Source of the DNA: Gracilinanus agilis
Lineage: Eukaryota
Assembly: GCF_016433145.1 (NCBI RefSeq)
Contig: NC_058132.1
Span: 87,563,599 to 87,627,479, forward strand
DNA length: 63,881 nucleotides
Direction: 5' to 3'
Every line of letters begins with the position of its first letter. The first letter of the stretch is position 1. This document shows positions 12,137 to 25,457 of the stretch, in pieces. Below the pieces are notes generated by a model. It made no database searches. It was given only the letters and a program-made list of their open reading frames with translations, and was not told where the DNA came from. The position numbers were made by a program, and so were the translations under genes.

Positions 12137-12967
12137 GTTAATTTCTAAATTCTCTTGAGGGAGGAGTCAAAAGGGCTCCTCCCTGCCTGTCAAATTGATG
12201 TCTGCAGGAAGTCCTGGGTAGGTACTTCCTCCCAAGATGGATGCCCGCAGTTCCCCTCAAGAAATAAAAGAAAATGGTTCCTTCTCTTTTTAGCCCTTGC
12301 CTTAATCTTCAATATAATGATTCACCAGAGACTTTGAGTAGGTAACAAGGGGATTTATTAATCTCAGGTTAATGACAGGGAAAGATGTTCAGGGTTTTCT
12401 AACTGCTGTTAGGGAGAGGAGTGATGGTGGGGGAAGGGTCACAGGAGAGGTTTAGACTGATAGAGTCTGGCTCTCCCAGTCAGGAAGATTTGACTGCCTT
12501 TTAAGGAAAGACTTTATCAAATCCCTAAATTAGGGGTAACTTATTTGAGGATACTCTACTTGTCTATAGAAACTGAACCCACAATGACCAATCACCAAGC
12601 CCTCCCTTCCACCCAGGACTCAAAGGAAATTCAGGGGAAGAGGAAGGATGTAGATGGAGAGATCAGGGAGAGGTCCAGAGAAATGAGATAGGTCTAAATT
12701 TCTGCAAGACAAATAAGCACAAGCCAAGGCCAAAGCAATTAGGCCAAAGCCAAGCCAAAAGGCCAAAGCCAACAGGCCAAGCCAAAGCAAAAGCCTCCAG
12801 CCACAGCAAAAGTCAGAAGGCAAAAGCCCCATCAGTTGGGACTTCACCTCTATTCATAGCTTCAAGTTCTAACTGACTTTCTGAAGATTCTAAGATCTTT
12901 AACTGACTTTTTGTGACCGTTTGAAATTACAGAAGCAAAAAGTTTCTGTTAGCCACCTCTCATTACA
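12137..12967 (-). mobile_element. Probable ERV LTR with an internal aggccaaagc-like tandem array (12720-12800)
   Basis: TG...CA bounded, minus-strand AATAAA near 12355, short tandem repeats typical of marsupial LTRs; boundaries uncertain. Confidence 0.5.
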
Positions 12968-13149
12968 AAGGTGAAGAGTCAGCTCAGAAATCCAAGTGAT
13001 TTATGCCAATTTCAGACAATGCTGACCATCTCACCCAAAAGTGCATCAGAAGGTAGAGCTTGTCCTGGTACAAATCGCCAATTCAGTAATTGACTGGAGA
13101 CAAGTTAACTGGAGAAAACACTGAGCACTAGAAAAATTATTATAGATCC

Positions 13150-13980
13150 AGAAATTTCCAAAATCCCATCCCAGAATGCATGTAAGAAATTGAAGAAGAA
13201 ACTCAAGGGGGAAAAACATATTTCCAGAAAGATGATGTGAATTCCTGGAGTAAATGAAGCAAAAGATGACAGAGGGAATTAAAAACCTTGGAGGAAAGAT
13301 TTGGAAGGAGATAAAAAGTTAGAACAAAAGGTAGTAAATCTTACCCAAGAATTTTATCCCTGAAAACCAGAACAGCCTAAATAGAAGTCAATGACTTTGT
13401 GAAATAGCAAGAAACATGAGGGGGAAACAAATCAAAAGACTGAAAAAAATAGAATAAAATCTAACATATATGATATTAAAATTGATCTAGAAAACACAAC
13501 AAGGAAATACTACATATTATTTCAATACTTAAATTGGGATTTTCAAAAAGCCTGTACACTATAGTTCAAGAAATAATAAATGAAAACTGCTCAGATCTAT
13601 GAAAATCAGAAAGCAAAATGAAGATGGAAAGAACACACTTATCACTGATACTCAAAAGCAGAAGTACTAGGAATTCCATAGCCAAAATCCAGAGCTTCCA
13701 AGCTGAAGAAAAATCACTGCAAGTGACCAGAAAGAAGGAAATCAAGTGACAAGGAACCACAGACAGTATCACATAAAACCCGACAGTTTTTACTAAAGCT
13801 GAGAGATCTTGTGATTCAGTCCTTTTCCTAAATGCAAAAGATGGGAGCTGACTACTAAGATTAATTCACCTTGAAATGCTGAGTGTAATCCTGAAGTGGG
13901 GAGAATGAATCTTTACTGGAAACTTTCAAGAATTGCTTATGAAAAATATCAGAGCTGAGTACAATTTTGAGATGCAATAT
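13150..13980 (+). mobile_element. Old L1/HAL1 ORF1 fragment
   Basis: caagaaataataaatgaaaactgc, atagccaaaatccagagcttccaag, ccagaaagaaggaaatcaag are L1 ORF1-like. Confidence 0.75.
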
Positions 13981-14867
13981 TTAGGACTATGTATATTATT
14001 CTGAAATTCTCATTTGGAGTTGATCCACTATGAATAGATACCCTGTTTTGTGATTGAAAACCGAGAATAATTGCTAGTTTTCATACTCTAAAGAAGAAAT
14101 ATTGGGATCTATGTTAGGAAGAATCCTAGTTTACCTTTCCTCATTCCTTTCCTATAGCAATGTTTTTTCTTCTTTAAGTGATTCTGTTTGCTGCCATATA
14201 TTCTAAGCCATCAAGGAAATAGTTTGGCCATTAGTTCCGTGGTTCTACCCTAAATCCTTTCTCTTTTTCACTCCCCAAAAGAAAAAAAGAATCCACCAAA
14301 ACCACAGTATATTAGAACTGGAAAGAGAATTAGCAATTATGTATTCCATGAACATAGATTGGAATTCAAAAGCTTTTTTTTTTATAATGACTAACTATTA
14401 AGAAAAGCTGGAACCAAGGATTGTTTAGTAAAATACTAAATTTAAGTATGATCATAATTGTATAAAAGTAAGACAGGCACAGATGTGCTAATAACCTGTT
14501 CATTTTAGCATCAAGATAAATAATTGGTTCTTCTCAACTCTGTGGCCCAGTCTGAGTCTGGAGTTGGGAGAAGGGTGAGCAGAAGCTAAAACCACTTTCC
14601 TATCTAACAAGTTCACCTACTCAACTGTCTCACTCCAGTTTTTCTGGCATTTCCTTGAACCATATAAGATGTACCATTCTTGCTCCTAAGCTGCCTGGAC
14701 CTAACTTCTCTTCCAGAATATTTTGTAGCGGGCATCTGTTTGGAATCCCTTTGTCTAATCTAAGAGTTTCCTTTTCTCTATCCTGAGAAAGATTACAATC
14801 CAGTCCTGTTTTTCAAAACAATAGGATTGACTTTAGTTTTTGCCTTTGCACGTCCAATGCCCTGACA

Positions 14868-15120
14868 CATTTTGTTGTTCAGTTGTTTTTAGTCATATCC
14901 AACTATTTATGATCCTCATTTGGGTTTTTTTTGTCGAAGGTACTGTAGTGATTTCTCAATTCCCTCTCCAGCTAATTTTATACATGAAGGAACTAAGGGA
15001 ATTAGGCTTTGGCAATTTATCCAGGGTCACACAGCTAGTAAGTATGTGAGGCCAATTTTTATCTTTGTTCTTCCTGATTCCATATGCAGCATTCTATCCA
15101 CTGTGCTACCCTAGCTGTCC
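14868..15120 (-). mobile_element. MAR1 SINE
   Basis: ttgttgttcagttg...ccagggtcacacagctagtaagtatgtgagg...ctatccactgtgctaccctagctg. Confidence 0.8.
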
Positions 15121-16742
15121 TAACACATAGTAGACAGACATTTATTAAATACTTGTATTGAATCAAATTGACTTTACTGACTGATGATGGTTGATGAGGT
15201 TCACAGAGGAATGAAGGCACAGAGGGAAAAAAAGAAATTTTAAGTTCTGAATTCAATGAAGGACAAAGAAAATGGAATAAAATTTTTAACATACTTCCTT
15301 TGTCTACACTTGAAACCCTACCCTGACTGGATCACATAGTCAGCCATTTATAAGCTGTGTTTACTACATTCTTTTCTTGAAAATGTGCCAATGCTCCTTG
15401 ATTCCTTGAATCTTTGACTAGGTAGACAAGGCAATTCCAATGCTTTTTCAGATCATGAAGCACTGTTGAAGTCACCAAGCCGAAAAAAGCTGCATTTCAA
15501 TAAGTCCCTGCTATCTGACGTCAAACAGAACTCCCCAGATGTCTCCCAGGTTTTCAATTTCTTGTGATTTCATAGTATTATTTTCCACAACTCATCCAGA
15601 CCTCCTCTATTTAGTACTAAAATCCCTGATTGCCTTCATTCAAACAAATGCAATCAATGTAAGCTCTCTCCTTATCCCTCTTCTCTGCCTTACAGTATCT
15701 CCAACTCTGATTGTTTCCCCTTTCTTCCTGTCTCAGAGAAATAATTTTCCTAGTCTGTGTTGCCAAAGCTAAATGTCTTTCCACATCTTCTCCCAGTGAC
15801 AGTGTTCTTATTTCTATCCAGGTTCCCATCCATTCTTATTCCTCCAGATTCCACCAGGACTTTACCCCTAATATGTAAAGCCATATGCCTCCTACACACA
15901 CAACAACAGACATACTCTCTTTCTCTATATGTTCTTCATTCTTTCTTTGTCCACAAGCACACACCAGTATTGAAAGATCATTCACTTAACCACAATGTCA
16001 TTTTTTATAATGATGAAAAATTTTCTAAGTATTTTACATACATTATTTCATTTGTTCCTCAAAAGAACATTGTGATATCATTACTATACTTGTGATCACA
16101 CTCATTTTAAAATGAGGAAACAGATTTGGCGAGATTAAATAATTTGTTTTTATTTGAGAGCAGAAGTAGGGTAGACTTTGGGTAGACTGATTGATTTCTT
16201 CCTCTATATTCTATTCTGTACTCTGTCCATGATGATATATTGATATATTACTTTCCCTCTTATTGATACTATTTTATCTTCCCATTCACTTTAGCTTGAC
16301 CTTACAGTCATCTTTGACTCTTTTCCCTTACTACACCCAATCATTTACCTTGTCCAAATAATCTATATCTTTTCATTCACAATGGAAAAACCCTTCTCCC
16401 TCTAGCCAAATCTTACCCATTGTCCAAGGTTGAATTAAGTCCTACTCCTTCTAGAAAGTATTTTTGCCAATCTTTTCCAAATGATGCCACAAAGATTTAG
16501 ACTTAACTGAAATGACTCAACAACAAAGCTCCTGTTAAATGCTTAAGTGTGCTCTTTGGTATGCTGTAATTATTTATTAATTATCATAATCATTGCCTTG
16601 TAATGTTCATTAATTTTTTCATGGATGCGGCCTTTATTCTTAGCCAAGAAGAAATATCATAAGGTCAAATTGAAATCTAATACTATAATTATTTTCTCCA
16701 TAGCACCTGAAACAGAACTTGCATAATATATACCCAATAAAT

Positions 16743-16995
16743 GGGCAGTTAGGTGGTGTATTAGATAGAGTGCCAAGTATAGTCAGGAAAACTCATCTTT
16801 CTGAGTTCAAATCCAGCCTTGGGAACTTATTAGCTGAGTGACTCTGGTCAAGTAATTAACCCTCTTTACCTCAGTTTCCTCATCTGTCAAATAAGGTGTA
16901 GAAGAAAATGGCAAACCACTCTAGTATCTTTGTTAAGAAAACCCAAATGTGTTCCCAAAGAGTCAGACACAAATGCTGCCACTGAACAACACAAC
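16743..16995 (+). mobile_element. MAR1 SINE inserted into an L2 3' end
   Basis: gggcagttaggtgg...cctcagtttcctcatctgtc...aatggcaaaccactctagtatctttg; flanked by L2 tail caaatgtctattgaatg. Confidence 0.8.
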
Positions 16996-17154
16996 AAATG
17001 TCTATTGAATGAGTGAACTACCTATTTTCTCTTTTACACACATTCACTCATTCACACATTATTACAATAAAATATACGAATATACATAGATACACATAGT
17101 TAAACATATACTTCTACATATGCATTAAAATAGTCACTACACAGTAACACAGAA

Positions 17155-17226
<72 letters not shown>

Positions 17227-17228
17227 GT
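17155..17228. repeat. (TA)n(TG)n compound microsatellite
   Basis: Direct inspection. Confidence 0.95.
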
Positions 17229-18929
17229 ACAATCCTCCATAGATTCCTCCCAGGCTCCTCCAAACTTACCCAGACATAAACATTCCTGTCTATACCTTTG
17301 ACATGAAAATCAACATTTGCCTCCTTCGAGGATTCCTATATGTGAAGAAAGGTTTGGGGAAATACAGAGATATCCGAGCATTTCTCATTTACTCACTTTA
17401 GTTGCTTCTCTATAATTATTTTCATGAATGAACATTTCTGCCTCCCTGATTCTTGATCTCTAATATTCTCTAGACAGCCAAACCACTGAACTTTCCCATA
17501 TAGTCAATGATCTAAATACTCTAATGAACTAATTTCTCTTTTCTCCATTACTTGTTACCCCTCACTGATTCCTCCATTTCCAAATTCATCACCTCAGAAG
17601 CCCCCTAAACCTTTAAAGCCCACCCAAGCCCCATACTGGGCCATCATTCTGGGACCTTCCTAATTAATTTCTAATGATTCATTAGCATGTTTCCCTTTCT
17701 TTCTTCTGGCAATATTATAATCCTTTTCCCATCTATTTGCCCTTAACTTTCTCTTCCCCAGTACTGCCAGCAGAAAGACTCATCCCAGACAGACAGATTA
17801 TTCCCTACCTATATTAGTAAATCTGGATTGGAATCTTGCCTCTGACACAAATTATATGAGTTTGACCAAATCATTAACCTATCTGGCCCTCAATATTCTC
17901 ATTTATTAAATTAAGGATTTGTATTACATAATCCAAAAGATCGCTTCTAGCTCAAACTCCTATACTTCTGTAATCCCCATATACTGTATATCCTTTTCTT
18001 CATAGAGACCATGCTCCATTTACAACCCCTTTTCTCACCCTCTTTACTGCCAAAATACGTACCTCCCCTCCTTAATTAAAATGACTCAAGTATACCTCTT
18101 TCCAGCAGTTTTTTCTAGATTCTGTTTCTCATTTCAAGATTTCACCTAGCCTTTCACTTTGCATCCTTATTTATTAGGTCAGTTCCTGGCCTTAAGATAG
18201 TATGTATGCCTGCATCTTTTCTACCCCAGGGATAAGATCTCAGGCTCCTTGTCCCTCTGGGCACCTTCACTTTCCCCACCCCTCAGAGCTCAGCATAGTG
18301 TTCTATCTCCAATACACATTCTAGTTAGCTTTGATAGACTATGGAGAGCCAAAGGCAAATGGGTAAATGTTAAATGTTTCTTCAAGAGCAGGATAGTTTA
18401 ACTGAAGATCTTAGACCTATTAGCCTCTTTTTCTTGGTTATTCATATTCTCTGATCCTTGCAGGACTTCCAAAGAGTTCTGGGGTATCCAGGATTATTCT
18501 TTGCTACTGCCCTTTCCACTTTTTCCTTCAAAGACCCCTTCTAGGAAACTGCTCAGATCATTTATTTCTCCTATGTTTCACTCATCTTTCCTCTACTTTC
18601 CCTCTCTTACAGCTGTCATCAAGCATGCTTCCTTTTCTTTTACTCCATATCTTTTCATTGCTCTGACCTACTTGCTGATAGACTTGAACTATGTGCCCAA
18701 ACAAAGAATATGAAATATAAAAGGGATAGAGAAAAGTCTTACATTTAGAGTAGAGACTGTCTTTTGCCCTTCTTTATATGCCCAGTGTTCAGAAGGATGC
18801 CTGACACAGAGTAGGCACTTAGTAAATGCTTGCTAATTGATGGCTGGGCTACATAACAGTCTTCATAGAAAAGACCTAGAGGTTTTCAGAGAAGGAACAG
18901 CCACAAGAATAGATGATATTTTTTATTAG

Positions 18930-19115
18930 TTCATCGGACCACAGAGCTAGAGTTAAAAGAGTCCTTGGAATCTATCTAGTCCAAGCCCTCATTTTACAGA
19001 TGAAGAAACTGAGGTGCATGAAGTTAAGTGACTCAGTGTTGTATATGTAAATAAGTGACAGGCAGGATTTGAACTTAAGTCCTTTGCCATAAAGCCAGTG
19101 CTCCAGTGTACCAGG
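18930..19115 (-). mobile_element. MIR SINE
   Basis: ctagtccaagccctcattttacagatgaagaaactgagg...aggatttgaacttaagtcc. Confidence 0.8.
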
Positions 19116-19164
19116 TCTTGGGTGACAGTTTAAACTTTTCAAAGGCCTTTACATACATTGTCTC

Positions 19165-19340
19165 TTTTGATTTGGTGGCCTGAAAACTAATCATAAGTCA
19201 ACAGTGTGATATGGCACCCCAAAATTAACTTGATCTTGTCTGCATTAAGGGAAATGTAGGGCTTAGAGTGAGGCAAGTGATCATCCCATTAGTACTGACC
19301 ATTTCAGGAACATTGCAATCAGTTGTGGGCACCATTTTAA
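19165..19340 (+). mobile_element. L3/CR1 fragment
   Basis: agtcaacagtgtgatatggc...gatcttgtctgcatta...cagttgtgggcaccatttt. Confidence 0.65.
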
Positions 19341-20563
19341 TAGTATTAATTTCTTTATTCTAACTACTTTAATTTAAAGGATAATATTAATTATTTATCA
19401 TATAATTATGTGTGCATATAATTATATGATAAATAATTAATAATAGAGTAGAATTTAGAAGTTGGAAGATATCCTGGCCTGGGAGTCAAATCCACGTTTC
19501 CTGATCCACTGAGAGTTCTATTACGTCATACTACCTCTCAATTTATGCATTATGTTAATATAACATATTTATAAATATGTTTTAATAAGTTAAAAATTAT
19601 TCCTCCTACTCTCTCCTGATATACCCTCAGTGATTAAATTTTAAAAGAAAATTTAAAACTAATCTATCAAAATATTCCTATAAATCTCTCATAAAACGTG
19701 TGTAAACATATACATATGTATATATTCTGCATGTTAAGTTTATCGTCTCTCTCTTAGGGAAGTAGAGTGTTTCATCTTCCTTCTGTCTTCTATTTTGTGT
19801 TTACCTATGTCTTTCATAGTTGCCTTAGCTATAAAATAAGGATACTTATAGCATCTAATTTCCACAGCTATTGTGAGAATAAAAAAAAAACAAATTTGTA
19901 AAGTTCTTTGCAAACCTTAAAGTATTAGATAAATGTTAGCTAGTATTATTCATTTTTTTTAACTCATGGCCTATCATTGCACTGATCTAAAATCTTTCAA
20001 GAATCTTTTTCTCTATAATGTTATCATTCTACAAATTGTTTTCCTAGTTCTGTTTACTCTGTATCACTTCATTAAAAATGTTCATTTCCCTTGAAATTAT
20101 CCATTTGATCACTTTTATGGTACATCCATATTCCATTATATTTACATATCTTAATTTTTAGCCATTTTTAAATAAGAGGCCATACCTCTTCATTTCTAAT
20201 TTTGGGCTGCCACAAAAACTTTTTACATATACTCTCATGCTTGATCCTCAAGTTAGATAGCTGGGGAAGATAGTCAAAGCAAGTAATTTTATCCCTATTT
20301 TATAGATGACAAAAATGAAGCTCTAAGAATTTAAAATATTATGTCCACTTTCAGATAGATATTTAATGACAAAATCAACTCTGTCTTTGGGTTCCATATC
20401 TAGGCTTATTTCAAGTCAATAATCATTTCTTAAGTTATTATTTATATGCAAGAAATTCTTTCAAGTTTAGATGGGGCTACAGTTTGGCTGCCGCTATGGA
20501 ACCCACTTCTGGGCTTCATTTTCCTAATGATTTTGCTTGAGTTAACAGGGTCTATAATAATTT

Positions 20564-20568
<5 letters not shown>

Positions 20569-20598
<30 letters not shown>
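20569..20598. repeat. (TG)n microsatellite
   Basis: Direct inspection. Confidence 0.9.
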
Positions 20599-20600
<2 letters not shown>

Positions 20601-22674
20601 GACATATCTGTATCTAAATATGTATATATACATATGTATATATTTTTGCAAAGATTCATATATAACTATTTCAAATTTGAAGAAATTTGGTTTCCTTTGT
20701 GATCCTATATAATGTATTTTATACATTTAGAAACATTATCCTGGATTACACCAGACTGTCCAAAGAGATCATGATAGAAAAAAAGCTAAAGAACCCCTAT
20801 ATCAGTAGAATCCTTCTCAGACAGAGTGGAACCTATCTGTCCTAGTTATTGGTACCTTCTAATTGGAAGGGTTGATTGCAAAGGATAGTGGCCTAGGATG
20901 AAAAAACTCATGAGAGCAAAATTAGGTTAAGAAGTGAAGGCTGGAAGGAAATCAAAGAGATGGGGAATGAATAGTTACAAGGAAAGGAGTTTCCTCTTGG
21001 CCATATCCCCTCTGACTTCAGCTTCTGGTTGTTAAGGGTCCTCTTCCCCCTACTTGTCTGTACTCTGATAGTAATGTGGCCTGGGTTGGGGGAAGGAAGG
21101 AGTTTAAGATGGGAGCCATGAAGAAAGGAATTTCTAAGATTCCCACTTGCTATGCCATTAAAGATGACTCAGATAAAGAATTTCAATTGTTATGTGGTCC
21201 TCAAATCAAACCCATCAAGCACATGCTTATCTATTTCACCAAAAAAGGGTATAAATTACTAATTTCCCACTTCTTTGGTGTAAGGAGGTGAGAAGTTAGG
21301 ATAAACTAGTGAATTATTAAATTTCTTCAATTCCTCAGAAAATCCAAGAAGGTTTTGAAAATATTAGACTCATGTCTTTCCATCTTAAGGCAGAATTTGT
21401 AGTTGGGAGGAAATAAGATAACTTAACTTACTTGTTTCCTAGATAGTAGAAGTCCTTGCTGATGATATATTTCCTTGATAAAGCAATTCTTACCATTTTT
21501 ATCCTTTATTGTGAAATGAAATTTATGTGACTCATTTTCAACATGTTGAATATGAGAGAGTGGGGAATTTTCAGTAGGGTGGAGAAGACAGCAGTCAATG
21601 ATAGTATTTAGCATCCAGGGAGTAATAAGGAAAGCAGGTCTCCAATAGAGACTGCAAGTGCTCCCACTATTCATCTAAAACCTGTAGGTTAATATCCAAG
21701 AGAGGAAACATGCTATAGGTGAGAAATGAAGTGAACTTGGAATTACAGGGCAGGGATTCAAGTCATAGTTCTGCTATTTATATCTCTTCACTTTTCTGGT
21801 CTTCTGTTTCTTCATCTATGAAATTAAAGGATGGGGTGGCATAGATTAGAGAGCTTCTTGAGATCATTTCACTTATCAATTTGTAATATTATACACTTGA
21901 ATCTTTTCTAGCTTTTCTCATCAAAGTCTAAAAGCAGCATGTCATATAATTGTATTTCCACCAGCTCCCTGAATGAAGTCTTCATAAACATCAGGGAAAT
22001 GCTCATGGAGAGACCCTTCAAAAGTTTACAAGATGCAATATAGGATCCATATTATGATTCATACATCTAATTTCTGTAAGCAATAAGAAAAAAATAATTT
22101 ATTTCAATAGTAGATTCACATTCCTTGATGGGAGGTCAATAATTCTCTTCTTTCTTCATTAAGAGTTTGGTAATGGGAAAAGCAAAGGGGTTAGTAGCAG
22201 AGCTTTCCAAATTCCCCTATATTCATATTTGGGATGAGTTTTTAATCTAAACATCTATTTATGACTAAAAGTCAATGAAATTTAGATTGAAATTTATTCA
22301 GTAATATCTGCAAAATAAGTATATATTGAAGTACAGACTTGGGGAAGTCAATTTAATTATTTAATTTAGCCAAAATTTATCAAGTGTCTACCATGTGAAG
22401 AGTCAGTCACCATGCTGAAGAAGAGAAACATTTTTTCCCCAGGACATTCTCTTTGTTCTATAGACTGGAAAGGTAAAAAGACAAACTCATATGAGAACAA
22501 AAGTAACACAAAATTATTGCAGAATTACAGAATCTCAGACTTAGACAGGATCTCAGATCTTATCTAATTCAGCCTGATATGAGCAAAGATCTGTTATAAA
22601 GAATTCTCCTAATATTACCACACCTCCATCCTTGAAGAGATTCAGTAATGCCTGAGATAGTAACGTATATTAAA

Positions 22675-23010
22675 TTAGCATTTATTCAGTGATTACTGTG
22701 CTAGGCACTATGCTAGGGACATAAAGAATGATAAAAATATAGTCCCTGATCTCAAGGAGATTTCATTCTGATAGGGGAGACATCACTTAAATAATTTTAC
22801 ACACAAGACATATACAATTGAGCTGCAAAATGATTTCAAAAGAAAGGCACTTACAGTGGGAAGGGAAACATCTCTTATTAGAAGGAATGAATTGAGTTGA
22901 CTCTTGAAAGAAAGCAAGAAAGTCAGAAACTGAAGGTAAGGAAGAGAAACATTGCAGGCATAGGAATCAGCCAATGAAAAGTCATGGGATTGGGAGATGA
23001 AATAATATGG
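22675..23010 (-). mobile_element. L2 3' fragment
   Basis: agcatttattcagtgattactgtgctaggcactatgctaggg...gtccctgatctcaaggag. Confidence 0.75.
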
Positions 23011-24203
23011 CATTCTATTTTTGATCGATTTTAATTTTAATGATTTTTTCTGTACATTGAGCTGAAACCTAGTTTTTCTATAATTTTCATCCCATTATTT
23101 ATATTTTTGTCCTTTAGAACCAAGTATTAACACTCTTCCCTATGACCTAAAAGCACCTCTTTATATCCGTCTCCTATCTTTGTTAGATGACACTTTTGAT
23201 GAAATTTATAGGGGAGAAATGAATTTCATATTAAATATTTCTTCAGTTCTTCTCTATCCTTCCCATAACAAGAATGCTTATACTCTAAAGTGGGCGATAA
23301 TCCTCCTTAACATTTCCCAAGAATTTGGTTGATTTCTCTTTATTTCCCTTGGTCACTCTAAAAATGTCTTATTAGTGCCTTGTCCTCACCCCAGGATCAT
23401 TTCCTGATATGCTTCATATACTCCAAAACCCAACGTGTAAGAAAGAAAAAAACCATGTCACATATGTAATAGCACTTTAAGGTTTGCAAATTGCTTTACA
23501 AATTTTATATCATTTTATCCTCAGAACTAACCTGAGAGGAAACCAAGACATACAGAGGTTAAGTGACTTGACCAGTGACACAGCTAGTAAGTATATGGCA
23601 GAATTTTCATCCTGTCTCCAGGTGCAGAGCATTGCACAATTTAATTGATACACAGTGACAGTCTGATAGTTTATGAAATTCTGTATCCTTAGACTTTGAG
23701 CTGAGGAGAGGGAAACATTTCAACATCTAGTTTCCAGGTCCAAAAGAGATCTTTACATTTAATCCACTATCTCCTGGTTTGCCATCAACTCTCATTTGCT
23801 GCTCCCTCATCTACCAAACTAAGCTCTAGCTTCTTGGTAGAATTTGAATCCTAGACATAAGATTTTAAACTTCCTGTTTGTATGGACATTGGGTCATAGA
23901 AACTACAGATTTATGATTGTATTGTTATAGGAAACTCCCATATGAAGATTTCCTTTACTAATGTAGGCTAGAACCTTCTCTGTATCTTATAATTTTAAGA
24001 AGTTGCCTGAAGAATTGAGAAGGGAAGTGATTTGCTCAGGATCATATAGCCAGTGTTGTCAGAAGCATCACTTCATCCCAGATTTTCCTAATTGCAGAGC
24101 TTACACTAAATTCTTCAATTCTTCACTCTATTTCATATCCAGCATGTTGGTAACTTTGGTTCCAAGGTACCACATTATTCTTCATCCTAGCTTTGTTCCC
24201 AAA

Positions 24204-25151
24204 TTATTGTACTCCCTTTAACCTGAAGAGGAGAATAACCTTGTCACGTATCTGCTTAGTTCTCACTCCATAGATAAGGGGGTTGAGTGCAGGTGGAATG
24301 GCCACATAGAAGTTGGAAAATAAGACATGGAAAGTACGAGGAATATTGTGGCCAAAGCGGTGGACCAGCCCAGAGAAGAGAGCTGGTGTGTAGAACAAGA
24401 GGATGACACAGATGTGGGAGCCACAGGTGCTCAAAGCCTTTTGGTGAGCACCACGGGATGAGAGGCTGAAGACAGAACGGAGGATGAAGATGTAGGAGAC
24501 AGCGATTAGAGCCATGTCAGAGAACACAGTCATCATGGGCACAGCAAAACCATACCAGATGTTGATAGAGATGTCAGCACAGGAGAGCCTGGCCACACCA
24601 ATATGTTCACAGAATGTATGTGGGATGATGCGTGTTCGACAATAAGGAAGACGTTTGAGTAGGAAGACACATGGCAAGATGACACAGAAACTGCGGACCA
24701 CAATGCCCACTAGGATCTTGGCAGAAATCTGGGGGGTCAGCATGGTGGTGTATCTCAGTGGGGAACAGATGGCCACATAACGGTCATATGCCATGGCCAG
24801 CAGGATACCTGAATCTATGATAAAGCTACAGTGAAGGAAGAACATCTGGGTGAGGCACCCAGAGAAGGTGATTTCTTGGGCTCCTAACCAGAAGATGCCA
24901 AGGGTTTTAGGGATGCTTGCTGTGGACATTATGACATCAGTGGCTGCCAGCATGGAGAGGAAGAAGAACATGGGCTCATGGAGGCTATGCTCCACAGCAA
25001 TGAGCCACAGTAAAATGGCATTACCTGCAAGAGTCACAAGATATATAGCACAGAGGGGGACTCCAATCCAGGTATGGAACAGTTCTAGCCCTGGGATCCC
25101 CCACAAGGTGAAAGGTCCAGGATTGAAGCTGCTTAAATTGAATATGTCCAT
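24204..25151 (-). CDS. OR52H1: Olfactory receptor, class I, OR52H1-like, 315 aa from MDIFNLSS, intact
   Basis: FNLSSFNPGPF, VEHSLHEPMFFFLSML, AMAYDRYVAIC, RTFH, IRDKVILLF match the OR52H subfamily; the ORF-track extension to 25217 crosses a splice acceptor. Confidence 0.9.
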   Translation of the reverse strand: MDIFNLSSFNPGPFTLWGIPGLELFHTWIGVPLCAIYLVTLAGNAILLWLIAVEHSLHEPMFFFLSMLAATDVIMSTASIPKTLGIFWLGAQEITFSGCLTQMFFLHCSFIIDSGILLAMAYDRYVAICSPLRYTTMLTPQISAKILVGIVVRSFCVILPCVFLLKRLPYCRTRIIPHTFCEHIGVARLSCADISINIWYGFAVPMMTVFSDMALIAVSYIFILRSVFSLSSRGAHQKALSTCGSHICVILLFYTPALFSGLVHRFGHNIPRTFHVLFSNFYVAIPPALNPLIYGVRTKQIRDKVILLFRLKGVQ

Positions 25152-25180
25152 GATGGTCTGGAATCTCACAGCTCCCAGTA

Positions 25181-25215
25181 CTGAAAGTTTATAATAATAA
25201 AAACAACAATAAAAC
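25181..25215 (-). promoter_or_regulatory. Splice acceptor of the OR52H1-like coding exon
   Basis: Minus strand ttttattgttgtttttattattataaactttcAG|tactgg, 29 nt upstream of the ATG. Confidence 0.6.
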
Positions 25216-25219
25216 ATCA

Positions 25220-25457
25220 GTTATATAGTACTTTAAGGTCTACAAAGTACTTCATTAATGTTATCTCATTTGCTCCTCACCTCAACAATCACATTGAGAG
25301 TTGAGTGATATCATTAACCTGATTTTTCAGATGAAGGGGAAGCTGAGACAGAAATTAAGTGACTTGCCTATTGTCACAGAGCTCTAAGTGTCCAAGACAG
25401 GATTTAAACTCAGGTTCTTCTGACTCTACATTCAGTACTCTATCAACTATGCCACTT
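25220..25457 (-). mobile_element. MIR SINE
   Basis: tactttaaggtctacaaagtacttc...aagtgacttgcc...aggatttaaactcagg...ctatcaactatgccac. Confidence 0.8.

Noticed and set aside
19132-19140. AAACTTTTC, a motif described in the class I OR J-element enhancer
   Set aside because: A single 9-mer between MIR and L3 repeats, with no cluster or accompanying motifs.
25152-25217. N-terminal extensions in the ORF track (also 29192-29233, 53775-53816, 62002-62055)
   Set aside because: Three start at TTG. The extensions at 25217, 29233 and 53816 cross polypyrimidine-AG splice acceptors, and the downstream ATGs give normal 315-316 aa ORs.
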